52,414 nucleotides of DNA from a virus. Its lineage: Duplodnaviria; Caudoviricetes. Positions 30,146-39,779 of the stretch are shown here, in pieces. Each line of letters opens with the position of its first letter. Position 1 is the stretch's first letter. The stretch is taken from the IMG/VR virus record IMGVR_UViG_3300044957_000556, positions 1 to 52,414 of that record. One strand, written 5' to 3'. The position numbers were made by a program, and so were the translations under genes. The notes beneath the pieces are model-generated. The model was not told the origin of the DNA. It searched no databases and saw nothing but the letters and a program-made list of their open reading frames with translations.

Positions 30146-30147
30146 CT

Positions 30148-31149
30148 ATGAAATATCTCTTGATCGACACTGCCAATATGTTTTTCCGCGCACGACACGT
30201 GGCCTTTCGTGCCAAAGATCCTTGGGAGAAAGTTGGCTATGCTCTGCACATTACACTCAGTGCTGTAAACAAAGTATTCAACAAGTTCCAAGCCGACCAC
30301 GTGGTATTCTGCTTGGAAGGTCGTAGCTGGCGCAAAGATTACTACGAACCCTACAAAAAGAATCGCGCTGTGGCCCGTGCCGCGCTGACTGAAAAAGAAC
30401 AAGAAGAAGATAAACTGTTTTGGGAAACCTTTGACTCACTCAAAGACTATCTCAATGACAAGACCAACTGTTCGGTGATTCGCGAACCCAACGCCGAAGC
30501 CGATGATATCATTGCACGTTGGATTGCCCTACATCCACAAGACGAACATGTGATTGTGAGTTCAGACACAGATTTTGTACAACTGTTGGCCGAAAATGTA
30601 CAACAGTACAATGGTATCACCGACGAGCTACTCACTGTGAACGGTATTTTTGATGCCAAAGGCAAACAGGTCATTGACAAAAAAACCAAAGAACCCAAAA
30701 CTATTCCAGACCCACAGTGGCTCTTGTTTGAAAAATGTATGCGTGGTGATACCAGTGATAATGTCTTCTCAGCGTATCCGGGTGTGCGTACTCGAGGCAC
30801 AAAAAACAAAGTGGGTCTTACAGAAACGTTCCAAGATCGTACCAGCAAAGGATTTGCGTGGAACAATCTCATGCTTCAGAGATGGACTGACCACAACGGA
30901 GTAGAGCATCGTGTTCTGGATGACTACAACCGTAATCGCAGTTTGATTGATTTAACAGCACAGCCCGATACTGTAAAGCAGGCAGTAGATTCTGCTATCC
31001 GTGGGCAAATCAGCCACAAAGACGTGGGCCAAGTTGGTAGCCACTTCATGAAATTCTGCGGTAAATATCAACTTAATCGGGCCAGCGAAAATGCCGAGCA
31101 GTTTGGGCGTTGGTTAAATAAAACATATCAGGGAGCATTGAACACATGA
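30148..31149 (+). CDS. rnh: T4-type RNase H / 5'-3' exonuclease
   Basis: LIDTAN, WRK..Y..YKKNR, EADD, SSDTDF.QL, GDTSDN. Confidence 0.9.
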   Translation: MKYLLIDTANMFFRARHVAFRAKDPWEKVGYALHITLSAVNKVFNKFQADHVVFCLEGRSWRKDYYEPYKKNRAVARAALTEKEQEEDKLFWETFDSLKDYLNDKTNCSVIREPNAEADDIIARWIALHPQDEHVIVSSDTDFVQLLAENVQQYNGITDELLTVNGIFDAKGKQVIDKKTKEPKTIPDPQWLLFEKCMRGDTSDNVFSAYPGVRTRGTKNKVGLTETFQDRTSKGFAWNNLMLQRWTDHNGVEHRVLDDYNRNRSLIDLTAQPDTVKQAVDSAIRGQISHKDVGQVGSHFMKFCGKYQLNRASENAEQFGRWLNKTYQGALNT

Positions 31150-31589
31150 TTTTAGCAAAACCTGTCATAGCAAACAAATACTGGATCTTAAAAGAAAATG
31201 ATCAAAAAATAGGTGCAGTAGAAGCCAGCGACGATGGCTTCACTGTGCGCATGTACAATGATCAGCAACAGTTCAAAACAATAAAAACATTAAAGAACGA
31301 AATAACGATCATTTTTGAAGAGCCGCCAGCTCGAAAGAAACAAAATAAAGAACATGCAGTAAATGGCTTTGCCACCACAGGCACACCTTACAATGCCATT
31401 TACGATGTACAACGACGACTGCCCATTTACACCAAGAAAAAGAAATCCAAATCATGGTTTGCGGCCGGGCATTATCAGATCAAAATCAACGGACGCTGGG
31501 AAACACATTTTTGCCCCAAGTTGATTCTGTTGCAACGATATGATTATCGTGGTCCGGTACACATGCCAGACGCATTCTCGTTCCAGTAA
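31146..31589 (+). CDS. Conserved phage hypothetical protein
   Basis: ATGA-coupled ORF; KSKSWFAAG, CPKLI. Confidence 0.65.
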   Translation: MILAKPVIANKYWILKENDQKIGAVEASDDGFTVRMYNDQQQFKTIKTLKNEITIIFEEPPARKKQNKEHAVNGFATTGTPYNAIYDVQRRLPIYTKKKKSKSWFAAGHYQIKINGRWETHFCPKLILLQRYDYRGPVHMPDAFSFQ

Positions 31590-31795
31590 TGAGCAATCTC
31601 TATATCAAAAAGTTCGTGGATCGCCTCCAGCATTTTGAGATGAGAGGCGCCAAGGACTTCTGTTGTCCTTTGCAAGACGCCAAGATGCTACACACAGAGA
31701 TCACACGTCTGTTGTTGGACATTGAGCAGTTACGTTCCCAACCTCAACCAACAGCTGATGTAGTCACTGTGGAGATGCGAGGAGGATCATTTTAG
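31589..31795 (+). CDS. Hypothetical protein
   Basis: TAATG-coupled ORF. Confidence 0.6.
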   Translation: MSNLYIKKFVDRLQHFEMRGAKDFCCPLQDAKMLHTEITRLLLDIEQLRSQPQPTADVVTVEMRGGSF

Positions 31796-31833
31796 TCTAA
31801 GTAGTTTATCATAAATAAACTGGAGAGATTATT

Positions 31834-32133
31834 ATGAGCCGACCAAAACCCCGAGTTCTCGTTGAACTCACAAACAAATCAACTTACAAGACCGAGCAAG
31901 TGCTGGCGTCGGAAGGTATCTGGGCTGTATTCTTTGACAATGCTCCTATCAACTTGAAAAACTCCAACTTCTTGGTGCAATACCCTGGCCCCAAGTACAA
32001 AAAGGCCTCGTTCTCCAATCCTGGCCATGCCATTAACTTGGCCAAGAAACTCAACTCACAGTTTAAAACAGACAAGTTCTCTGTGGTGCTACTGAAATCG
32101 GGAGATAGGATCTATCCCGATGGCAAACAATAA
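31834..32133 (+). CDS. Conserved phage hypothetical protein
   Basis: ATAAATA late promoter and SD ggag upstream; MSRPKP, PKYKK.SFSNPGHA. Confidence 0.7.
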   Translation: MSRPKPRVLVELTNKSTYKTEQVLASEGIWAVFFDNAPINLKNSNFLVQYPGPKYKKASFSNPGHAINLAKKLNSQFKTDKFSVVLLKSGDRIYPDGKQ

Positions 32134-32482
32134 GCGCGAACTCACCCAACGATTGTTGGATCTTCTAGAGGACGATCATGATCTTGATCTTTATCAAGCA
32201 CTACGTTCTTGGTATGTAAACATCCGACCCACTGGTGGGCTCAGACTCACTGGCATTGGGTACACTGTGCTGAAAACTCTAGATCTTGAAAGTTGGAGTG
32301 TGGATCTAAGTGCGAACAAGCCTATGATGAGCAAGCGCCTGCTGTTGGAGTTGGATCACAAACTGCAATGGCCTTACTATATTGATAGTAAAAAGAAACA
32401 GCTGATCTTCTTTAGCAGCCGTGAAGCCATGTTGGCCACACTGTACGGTGACTTACAGACTTTTCTCAAACAGTATTCGTAG
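32120..32482 (+). CDS. Conserved phage hypothetical protein
   Basis: GGLRLT, PYYI motifs; overlaps upstream gene. Confidence 0.65.
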   Translation: MANNKRELTQRLLDLLEDDHDLDLYQALRSWYVNIRPTGGLRLTGIGYTVLKTLDLESWSVDLSANKPMMSKRLLLELDHKLQWPYYIDSKKKQLIFFSSREAMLATLYGDLQTFLKQYS

Positions 32483-33436
32483 ATCTTGTCTGGCACGATC
32501 CTCTATGCTTTCAGCATAACCTTCTATGAGCCATTCAAAGTTTGCCTTGACTTTTTCTTCAACAGCATCTAGGTCCACTGGTTGTCTTAACCGTGAGAGA
32601 TTACGTTCAACGGCAGAATACATGCGAGTAGTACAATCTTCACCATCGTAGCTGAGATCAAACAATTCGTTGTAGTTTTGAAATCCTAGACGAACTACGT
32701 CGTCATGACAGAACCTATGTCCTATACACATAAATGGATGTCTTGCGGCAATGGCCAGCAAGGTTTTTTCTGTGACAATACCACCTACATCTTGGTATAA
32801 ACTTTCTGTGATAATGGACATTCTTGCGCTCTGATACACAGGCATGAGATGTATAAAGTTTTGTACGTTGTCAAAATCATACTGCTGGTAAGGTCTGATG
32901 CTAATAGGATTGAACACACTGTGACTCACAAAGCCCGACGGCTCATGTCGTAGCAGATTATAAACTTCTTGACGATATGCTCTTGCACGACCGTTGAGAC
33001 AGATCCAGTTGTGTTGGATGGATTTTTTATGTACATCACGCCATTCTGGCCAACGCTGTTTGAGTTGCAACATCAACTCATAACTGTGGCTGGCAAAGTT
33101 TACTATTTTGATGTTGCCTTGATATGTTTCGCCTAAACGATGATCCCAAGCCACAAAGATAATCTTGCTCTGTTGCTCAGGAGTAAACTGCTGTTCCAAC
33201 CAATGCAACTCTACACAGAGGTTGCCATAAAAATGAACAAAATCCTGGGCATGTATAACCAAGCGGAAGTTTCTATTACGCCACCGATGTTCAGGAATAT
33301 CGGGCAAAGGTATGTGCCAACGCTGTTCACGGTGCGGCTTGCCCAGAGCGCAGGGCATGAAATGGTAGTCTATGCTGTGGCTTTTAAGCAACAACTCCAT
33401 GGCACGGTTGAAGTTGGGTTCTGTATAACTGGGCAT
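32453..33436 (-). CDS. Hypothetical protein, paralogue of 2519-3610
   Basis: CLNGR, IITES, TEKTLLAIAARHPF, LSYD. Confidence 0.65.
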   Translation of the reverse strand: MPSYTEPNFNRAMELLLKSHSIDYHFMPCALGKPHREQRWHIPLPDIPEHRWRNRNFRLVIHAQDFVHFYGNLCVELHWLEQQFTPEQQSKIIFVAWDHRLGETYQGNIKIVNFASHSYELMLQLKQRWPEWRDVHKKSIQHNWICLNGRARAYRQEVYNLLRHEPSGFVSHSVFNPISIRPYQQYDFDNVQNFIHLMPVYQSARMSIITESLYQDVGGIVTEKTLLAIAARHPFMCIGHRFCHDDVVRLGFQNYNELFDLSYDGEDCTTRMYSAVERNLSRLRQPVDLDAVEEKVKANFEWLIEGYAESIEDRARQDLRILFEKSL

Positions 33437-33546
33437 TTTGGCGGTTGACCAAAAACGCCATTTCTGCTACACTTGTTTTAAAAATACAACAGCCAAATCC
33501 GCTTAAATACTAGGTAAGTTTGCACTAACTTAGTGCATCCTGCTGA

Positions 33547-33575
33547 TTGACCAGAAACGACATTTAGGTTATAAT
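33547..33575 (+). promoter_or_regulatory. Sigma70-type early promoter
   Basis: TTGACC-17 nt-TATAAT; ATG 33582 lies about at the predicted start site. Confidence 0.7.
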
Positions 33576-33581
33576 ATATGT

Positions 33582-33944
33582 ATGGAAAGTAAAAAAGCAA
33601 CCCGCAAAAAACGAGTAGATCGTACCCACATCATCTACATGCTGGAATCTGGCGATGACTTCTACATTGGAGTCACTGCAAAGACTGAACACACTGTAGA
33701 CAAGTCAGTGCTGGTGCGCTATAATAAACACGTTTATCGTAGCCGCTCTGAGAACAAGAGTTGGTTGCTGTATGAAGCCATGCGTGAGCGTGGTATGGAT
33801 GCTTTCACTGTCAGCGTCATTGACGTGGTGCGCGGTAAGGCCGAAGCCCATACTTGTGAACGAGCACTTATCCGTAAGTATCGTCCTAATCTTAACACTG
33901 ATGTTCGTGAAAGAAAACGTAATGTCCAAAGACATCAAATATGA
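33582..33944 (+). CDS. GIY-YIG nuclease family protein
   Basis: IIY...FYIGVT, R..KH, E..LI..Y.PNLN. Confidence 0.7.
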   Translation: MESKKATRKKRVDRTHIIYMLESGDDFYIGVTAKTEHTVDKSVLVRYNKHVYRSRSENKSWLLYEAMRERGMDAFTVSVIDVVRGKAEAHTCERALIRKYRPNLNTDVRERKRNVQRHQI

Positions 33945-34146
33945 CCAGAGACATTGTAGGCCATTTGATTGTGGCTCAGTAGACAGTTATTACAATCGCC
34001 CACGCTGCCCTCATATGTATGTCGGCGGAACTGGCAATAGTCCAGAACTTCTTGCAGATGTCATGAGTGACGAAGACATCTCGGCCTACCGATGGAGGCA
34101 CACGATATATTTGTCGTGGTGCTGGAGATTTAAACAACATTATTGA
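33922..34146 (+). CDS. Hypothetical protein, possibly degenerate
   Basis: PFDCGSVDSYYNRPRCPH; overlaps upstream gene. Confidence 0.35.
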   Translation: MSKDIKYDQRHCRPFDCGSVDSYYNRPRCPHMYVGGTGNSPELLADVMSDEDISAYRWRHTIYLSWCWRFKQHY

Positions 34147-34178
34147 TCTTAGTGAATACGAACTCAAGGAGCTAAACC

Positions 34179-34409
34179 ATGGAGTATAACATTGAAGGAC
34201 TTACCAAAAAACAAGTGGCCATACTAGATATCATGTGGAGCTTGGAAGATCACGATTCAGTGTTGAACTTTGTTCGTAGCTTGCCCAAAGCAGATCGGAT
34301 ACAAGCACAAGGCCTGATGACTCTTCTGTTGCACGAAGTTCTTGAAAAGTGGTTAGATGGTGTCACAGAGTTTCCTGAAGCAATGGCAGTGATTGATCGG
34401 GTACAATAA
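34179..34409 (+). CDS. Hypothetical protein
   Basis: SD aaggag. Confidence 0.65.
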   Translation: MEYNIEGLTKKQVAILDIMWSLEDHDSVLNFVRSLPKADRIQAQGLMTLLLHEVLEKWLDGVTEFPEAMAVIDRVQ

Positions 34410-35080
34410 TGCTGACCTATCAAAACATCTACGCTGTTCAATCAGCGCAAGAACGATTACGTCAAGGATATCGTTGGGGGTTTGGGCATCACACCAAAGA
34501 CAGCGATGCTCTTTTGGTGTTTACTCAAGGACAAGAAGCTAAACAAGACGCTCAACGCAATCTAGATTTTTGTTTGGACACAGGCCGTCGTTACCACGCT
34601 GACTATCTTGTGCTACACAACAACATGATACAGTTTGTTGGACAGCGTATCCGCGAGGGTGTCATGGATGCCTTGGCGCCTGGCGCTTGGCGGCAGGAAT
34701 ACATGACTTGGAGCGATAGTCGTGGCATTGACTCAAGCACTGACTATTCTGGGCGTGGCGAACTTTACAGTCTGCGTCCTTGGCGCAAGGCTTTTGCCGA
34801 TAGTTCAACCCGTGGCATATACGAAGTAGCCACAGGTAAACGAATCAAGAATCGTCAAGATATCATTGAACGTTTTTGGTCCTTGGGCTATGCTACCTGG
34901 CGTGGTCGTCCACCCAGGGTAGCTTCGGTGCGTTGGTCTGGCAATCGTGAAGAACTGGAAATGCTGACCAGCATGGCTGAAAAATATTGGTATCGTCGAC
35001 ATCAAAGTAACGTGGCCAAAAAGATGTGTTCAGCCTATACTTCTATCAACCGTTATGCGGCCTGGCCAGGAGCCTGGTAA
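34409..35080 (+). CDS. Hypothetical protein
   Basis: TAATG-coupled 223-aa ORF. Confidence 0.55.
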   Translation: MLTYQNIYAVQSAQERLRQGYRWGFGHHTKDSDALLVFTQGQEAKQDAQRNLDFCLDTGRRYHADYLVLHNNMIQFVGQRIREGVMDALAPGAWRQEYMTWSDSRGIDSSTDYSGRGELYSLRPWRKAFADSSTRGIYEVATGKRIKNRQDIIERFWSLGYATWRGRPPRVASVRWSGNREELEMLTSMAEKYWYRRHQSNVAKKMCSAYTSINRYAAWPGAW

Positions 35081-35330
35081 TGGTGAATATAGCACGAACC
35101 TTAAATCAAGAGCTGGCCGCACAAGAAAATACCATACCTGCCTGGCAGCCGGTAAGGAAATGTTGCGTGTGGGCCCAGACGGATTTTTGGGTACGTGGAA
35201 AAAAGTTTCCCCAGGATGACAGAGAGGCTGAAATCGTGTATAATAAAAGCACAGCAAATAAAAGAAATACGACAAGGTTGTTTTGTGGGACCCACAAAAC
35301 AACCTATCCCACCATTTTTAAGGATCGAAC

Positions 35331-35588
35331 ATGACATTGCCAGACGAACGATTTAGAGCAGTGATAGACGCTAAAATCTTCATGCACGATCTCTTGGATC
35401 CTAAAAAAACTTCTCGAGTACCTAAGGAGATTCGACACAGGGCATACTCTGTGCTACGGCATTATCCCAGTTACTGGGATCTAGAACGTGTAAGTGAGCG
35501 TTCGCCAGAAGTTTTTCAACCCCAGATCGAACCATTGACTCGTATGGTCATGCAGTACGATCAAGATAAGAAAGAACCTAATGTCTGA
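35331..35588 (+). CDS. Conserved phage hypothetical protein
   Basis: MTLPDERFRAV...RVPKEIR..A..VLRHYP. Confidence 0.7.
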   Translation: MTLPDERFRAVIDAKIFMHDLLDPKKTSRVPKEIRHRAYSVLRHYPSYWDLERVSERSPEVFQPQIEPLTRMVMQYDQDKKEPNV

Positions 35589-35892
35589 AGAAGATAACAA
35601 ACTCAAACTCGTTGCCACTGACAAACTTGAAGATACTAACGATGGTAAACTCAAGGTAGTATTCCAGCCCGGATGCTTTGATTACGTTGATGTAAAAAGC
35701 CAGGAAGAACTGAACGCTCTCATGGCAGAGATCACCAACATGTATGCCAATCTAACCCCGGAAGAACTGGCAGCTCAGAGTCGTCCTATCACTGATGAAA
35801 TGATTGATGAGATGGAGCCTGAAGAACGAGAGGTCTTGCTTCGAGCCCTGGAAGAATCTAACACAGATGATAGAAAGAGTCGATTGCAATGA
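35581..35892 (+). CDS. Acidic hypothetical protein
   Basis: Coupled ORF; VVFQPGCFD. Confidence 0.6.
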   Translation: MSEEDNKLKLVATDKLEDTNDGKLKVVFQPGCFDYVDVKSQEELNALMAEITNMYANLTPEELAAQSRPITDEMIDEMEPEEREVLLRALEESNTDDRKSRLQ

Positions 35893-36158
35893 GCAAACTC
35901 AGCTACTGTGGTCGCCCTTGGCTAGTATTTGATCCGTCAAACAAACAACACCGTCGTTGGTTTGCTGAATTCCAAAAAAAAAGAACCTGGGGCAACTGTC
36001 CAGTGCGATTTGTAGTCGACGAAACCGAAGGTGAGTTGATTGCTATAATGCAACGTCAGTTGGTTGATCATTACGTTAATAAAGAATTCAAGAACATAGA
36101 TGGACCAAAAAGTTCCAAAACTCAGCGTAAGCCCCAAAAGAAACACATTTCAAAGTGA
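35889..36158 (+). CDS. Hypothetical protein
   Basis: FDPSNKQHR, WGNCPVRF. Confidence 0.6.
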   Translation: MSKLSYCGRPWLVFDPSNKQHRRWFAEFQKKRTWGNCPVRFVVDETEGELIAIMQRQLVDHYVNKEFKNIDGPKSSKTQRKPQKKHISK

Positions 36159-36693
36159 TGGCTATATTCAACGTCAACTGGAAGAGGGCAAGAGTCTTGA
36201 CGACCCTGAAGTCAAAGCCATGATCGAATGGTACGATTCCTGGAGCACAGAATCTGCCAAACGTGAGGCTGATCCTAAGTGGCAGGAAAATAATCTTGAG
36301 TACGATCTTAGAAGCACAGAGTGGATTGTTGACAAGGTTCGTGCCAGTGAGTCTTATGCTCAAAATCTCTATGCGGCCATGTGCAACAATGATTTTCAAC
36401 GCATTGATGTTTGGCCTGTGCTAAAAAATGAAATCTGGTATTGCAGTTGGCGCAGTGCCGGTGGTATTGTTGCCAACATGCGAGGTGAAGGTGACTACAT
36501 TGATTGGTACTGTAGTGGCATCAAAGGTGGCACTGACAACGATGAACTATCTAAAATGACCCAAGAACAGCGCAATAGATACCAATGGCTTCAGGACAAC
36601 TTTGTCGGTGAGAGCGTGGTCACCGACGAAATCCGTGAGGATCTAAAAAGATTAGGATGGTCTGTGATCACCAATTCTGACGAGTCTTATTGA
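36100..36693 (+). CDS. Conserved phage hypothetical protein
   Basis: YAQNLYAAMCNN, SWRSAGGIVA, YIDWYCSG. Confidence 0.7.
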   Translation: MDQKVPKLSVSPKRNTFQSDGYIQRQLEEGKSLDDPEVKAMIEWYDSWSTESAKREADPKWQENNLEYDLRSTEWIVDKVRASESYAQNLYAAMCNNDFQRIDVWPVLKNEIWYCSWRSAGGIVANMRGEGDYIDWYCSGIKGGTDNDELSKMTQEQRNRYQWLQDNFVGESVVTDEIREDLKRLGWSVITNSDESY

Positions 36694-36829
36694 TTTTTTT
36701 CAATGAGCGTTATTAAAAAATATTTGCAAAAAAACTATTTAAATCGTTGATTTAGTAGATATATACTATTAAAATAACGTATCAGTACAAACACTGACAC
36801 GTTTTCTTTTTTACTTTAAGGAGATTTGC

Positions 36830-37363
36830 ATGAAAACAGTAGGACAAAAACTAGAAAAATTCGCCATCACTGGCGTGAACCCAGGTAAAGATGATTTCTT
36901 TACCATCACAAAAGAATCATTTACAGGCAAGTGGAAAGTAATCGTTTATTATCCAAAGGACTTTACATTTGTATGCCCAACAGAAATCGTTGCGTATGAC
37001 AAACTTCACAGTGATTTTGCTGACCGTGATGCAGTTTTGCTAACAGGTAGCACAGATAATGAGTTCTGTAAACTTGCATGGCAAGCCGCACACGAAGATC
37101 TCAAGAAGATCAAGCATATTCAGTTTGCTGACACACAGCGTGGTGAGTGGAGCTTGATCGAGCAGTTGGGTGTATTCTATGCTCCGGCAGGTGCCGCACT
37201 TCGTGCAACATTCATTGTTGACCCAGACAATGTTATCCAGCATGTTACCGTCAATAACTTGAACGTTGGTCGTAGCCCAGAAGAAACTCTACGAGTTCTG
37301 GACGCTCTTCAAACTGGCGAGAAGTGTGCATGTAACCGTGCTGTTGGTGGCGAGACACTCTAA
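36830..37363 (+). CDS. ahpC: 2-Cys peroxiredoxin (AhpC)
   Basis: YPKDFTFVCPTE, GRSPEETLRVLDALQ, strong SD. Confidence 0.95.
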   Translation: MKTVGQKLEKFAITGVNPGKDDFFTITKESFTGKWKVIVYYPKDFTFVCPTEIVAYDKLHSDFADRDAVLLTGSTDNEFCKLAWQAAHEDLKKIKHIQFADTQRGEWSLIEQLGVFYAPAGAALRATFIVDPDNVIQHVTVNNLNVGRSPEETLRVLDALQTGEKCACNRAVGGETL

Positions 37364-37372
37364 AAGTAGAGT

Positions 37373-37540
37373 GTGTTAGACTGCATGATCATAGGTGATA
37401 GCATTACTGTAGGGACTGCCATGGCTCGTCCTGAATGTGTAAGCTATTCCAAGGGCGGCTGGAACAGTTGGCAATGAAACAAAGATTATTTGTCCAAGGC
37501 TACTGAAAAACCCGCTCGAAATGTTATCAGAGCTGAATAA
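37373..37540 (+). pseudogene. Truncated SGNH-hydrolase-like remnant with in-frame TGA
   Basis: LDCMIIGDSITVG...KGGWNSWQ*NKDYL then early TAA. Confidence 0.5.
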
Positions 37541-37560
37541 AGTATTTAAATACACCGCTC

Positions 37561-38745
37561 ATGGAACTTCTCGAACAAAATCCCAAACTTGGTTTTTACA
37601 CAGTAAACGGTAAAAACTTCTATTCAAAACCTCAGGCTCTCTTAGAGGCCACTGCCACTGGACAGTTCCCTACCTGGAACTTCAATCGTGAAGTATTTTC
37701 TTGCATCAACACTACTATCGAGCCCCAACTCAGCTTGCGAGAGCTATATCGCATGCGAGCACAGCAGTTAAGAGATCGATACGATTACATACGCCTTGAG
37801 TTTTCTGGTGGATCTGATTCGGCCACTGTGTTGTACTCATTTATCAACAATAACATACATCTAGACGAAGTGGTGTTTCGTTATCCGGCACAGGGTGACA
37901 AAAATCTTGGCCCTGATGCCAAGAACATGAAAGCAGAGAACACATTGAGTGAATGGCATTTTGCAGCCAAACCTATTTTACAAAAACTTGCTGTTACACA
38001 TCCCACAATCAAGATCACCATGCATGACTTTTCGGACAACATCCTAAAATACACCGGTGATGAATCATGGGTCAACAATGCCAAAGATTATCTACACCCT
38101 GAGCACACATTCAAACACGATCCATTGGGCATGGACAGTCACAAGGCACTAGCTGAATCGGGCAAAAAGATCTGCATACTTTACGGCGTTGACAAGCCCA
38201 AGGTCTGTATCCAAGACGGGCGTTGGTACATGTACTTCTTAGACATTCAAGCCAACCACAGCCAAAATCAACGTGGACCTTACAACAACATCACCACAGA
38301 ATATTTTTACTGGCAGGCTGATTTGCCTGAACTCATAATCAAACAAGCACATACCATACGCAACTGGTTCATGAGCGATCATGCCAAACATTTGCAGTTT
38401 TTAGTGCGGTGGCCCAATCACAGTGTGGCACAGCGTGGTGCTTATGAGCAGTTGGCCAAGCCGCTGATCTATCCAGACTACGATCCCACCACATGGCAGA
38501 CCACCAAGTCAACCAATAACTTCTATTCGGAAATGACCTGGTGGTTCTTCAAAAACTTCAAAGATACACGATTCTACCAAGTATGGGAAGCCGGCCTGGC
38601 TCACATGGTCAACGCCATTGATCCCAAGTTCTTTACCTATGAACAAGGTCGTGCTGTGGGCTTTGTTGGGTTCATGGATCAGTTTTATGATCTGGGACCT
38701 ACCGACTACGTAAATACCGACATCATACAAGGATTACTCAAATGA
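37561..38745 (+). CDS. Adenine nucleotide alpha-hydrolase (PP-loop) superfamily protein
   Basis: FSGGSDS PP-loop; GVDKP. Confidence 0.7.
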   Translation: MELLEQNPKLGFYTVNGKNFYSKPQALLEATATGQFPTWNFNREVFSCINTTIEPQLSLRELYRMRAQQLRDRYDYIRLEFSGGSDSATVLYSFINNNIHLDEVVFRYPAQGDKNLGPDAKNMKAENTLSEWHFAAKPILQKLAVTHPTIKITMHDFSDNILKYTGDESWVNNAKDYLHPEHTFKHDPLGMDSHKALAESGKKICILYGVDKPKVCIQDGRWYMYFLDIQANHSQNQRGPYNNITTEYFYWQADLPELIIKQAHTIRNWFMSDHAKHLQFLVRWPNHSVAQRGAYEQLAKPLIYPDYDPTTWQTTKSTNNFYSEMTWWFFKNFKDTRFYQVWEAGLAHMVNAIDPKFFTYEQGRAVGFVGFMDQFYDLGPTDYVNTDIIQGLLK

Positions 38746-39641
38746 AAAAACTGCTAATGGCCGGTGCTCTTGTATTGGCATCACTATCATCACAAGCACA
38801 ACAAACTATTTCTATTGTTTGGCCATTTGGCATGGGCGATACCCAGGCTCAGTATAGCCGTAGCCTAGTTGAAGAACTCAACAAGAATCAACGAACCTAC
38901 ACTTTTATTTTAGAAAACAAACCAGGAGCAGGTGCAACCATTGGTGCCAAGCACGTGGCAGGCATGCCTAACTCTGTGTTGTCAGCATCTACTGCCTTTT
39001 TTGTGCGTCCCAACTTCTATCCCGAAGAAAGCCACAAAGTAATCGATTTCCGTCCACTAATGACACAGTGTGCCGCGCCCATGGTCATTGTGAGCAAGAA
39101 GTATCGCAACTGGAATGAAGTTGACAAGTCAAAGCCTATCAATATTGGTATTTCAGGACTGGGTGCTACATCACATCTAATGGCCATGGAGATTGTCAAA
39201 CGCTATCCCAATGCACAACCTGTGCCCTATAAAGGTACCCGCGAAGCCAGCATGGATGTGATTGCAGGAAACATTGAACTCAGCGTGGCGTTTTTAGGCG
39301 AAGTTGAAGGGTTCTTGGACAAAGGCGACTTATTTGCACTTGGTATTTCTGGACGCAAACTAGTACGTGGTGTTCCCACACTGGAAAGTCAAGGATTTGC
39401 TGGTGTTGGAGAAGTAGTAAACATGCACAGTCTGCAAGTTCCCAAGACCATGCCTGAGGCGCAATATGCAGAACTACGTGACATGGTTATGCAAGCCGCA
39501 CGAGCAGACAGTGTACAGCGGGCCTATGCAGTAGATTACTGCGAACCCAGCAACCTTGATGCCGCGGCTACACAGCGTTGGTTTGACGGGCAAGTTGCAT
39601 TGTGGAAACGACTAAGCCAAGGTGTTAAACTGGCTAAATAA
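38742..39641 (+). CDS. Tripartite tricarboxylate transporter substrate-binding protein (Bug/TctC)
   Basis: Signal peptide; VWPF..G, ENKPGAGATIG, VPYKG, VPTL.E.G. Confidence 0.88.
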   Translation: MKKLLMAGALVLASLSSQAQQTISIVWPFGMGDTQAQYSRSLVEELNKNQRTYTFILENKPGAGATIGAKHVAGMPNSVLSASTAFFVRPNFYPEESHKVIDFRPLMTQCAAPMVIVSKKYRNWNEVDKSKPINIGISGLGATSHLMAMEIVKRYPNAQPVPYKGTREASMDVIAGNIELSVAFLGEVEGFLDKGDLFALGISGRKLVRGVPTLESQGFAGVGEVVNMHSLQVPKTMPEAQYAELRDMVMQAARADSVQRAYAVDYCEPSNLDAAATQRWFDGQVALWKRLSQGVKLAK

Positions 39642-39779
39642 CAATGGCAGCGCCAACCAAGGGGTTGACGCCGGTTACAACGACGCCTAGGGTCTAGCTC
39701 TTTTACTGCTTCAAACGCAGAACGCCGAACCGTAGCGAGCAATCGCAAGCACATTGATTATCAATATTGGATATAAAAA

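Noticed and set aside
35081-35330. Gene in the 35.1-35.3 kb gap
   Set aside because: Several overlapping weak ORFs on both strands, none with recognisable features; possibly a remnant.
37561-38745. queC
   Set aside because: It has a PP-loop but is much longer than QueC and lacks the C-terminal Cys zinc cluster.
39648-39700. glmS ribozyme
   Set aside because: Only AGCGCC and GTTGACG match; the P2/P2.2 partners and glmS context are missing.
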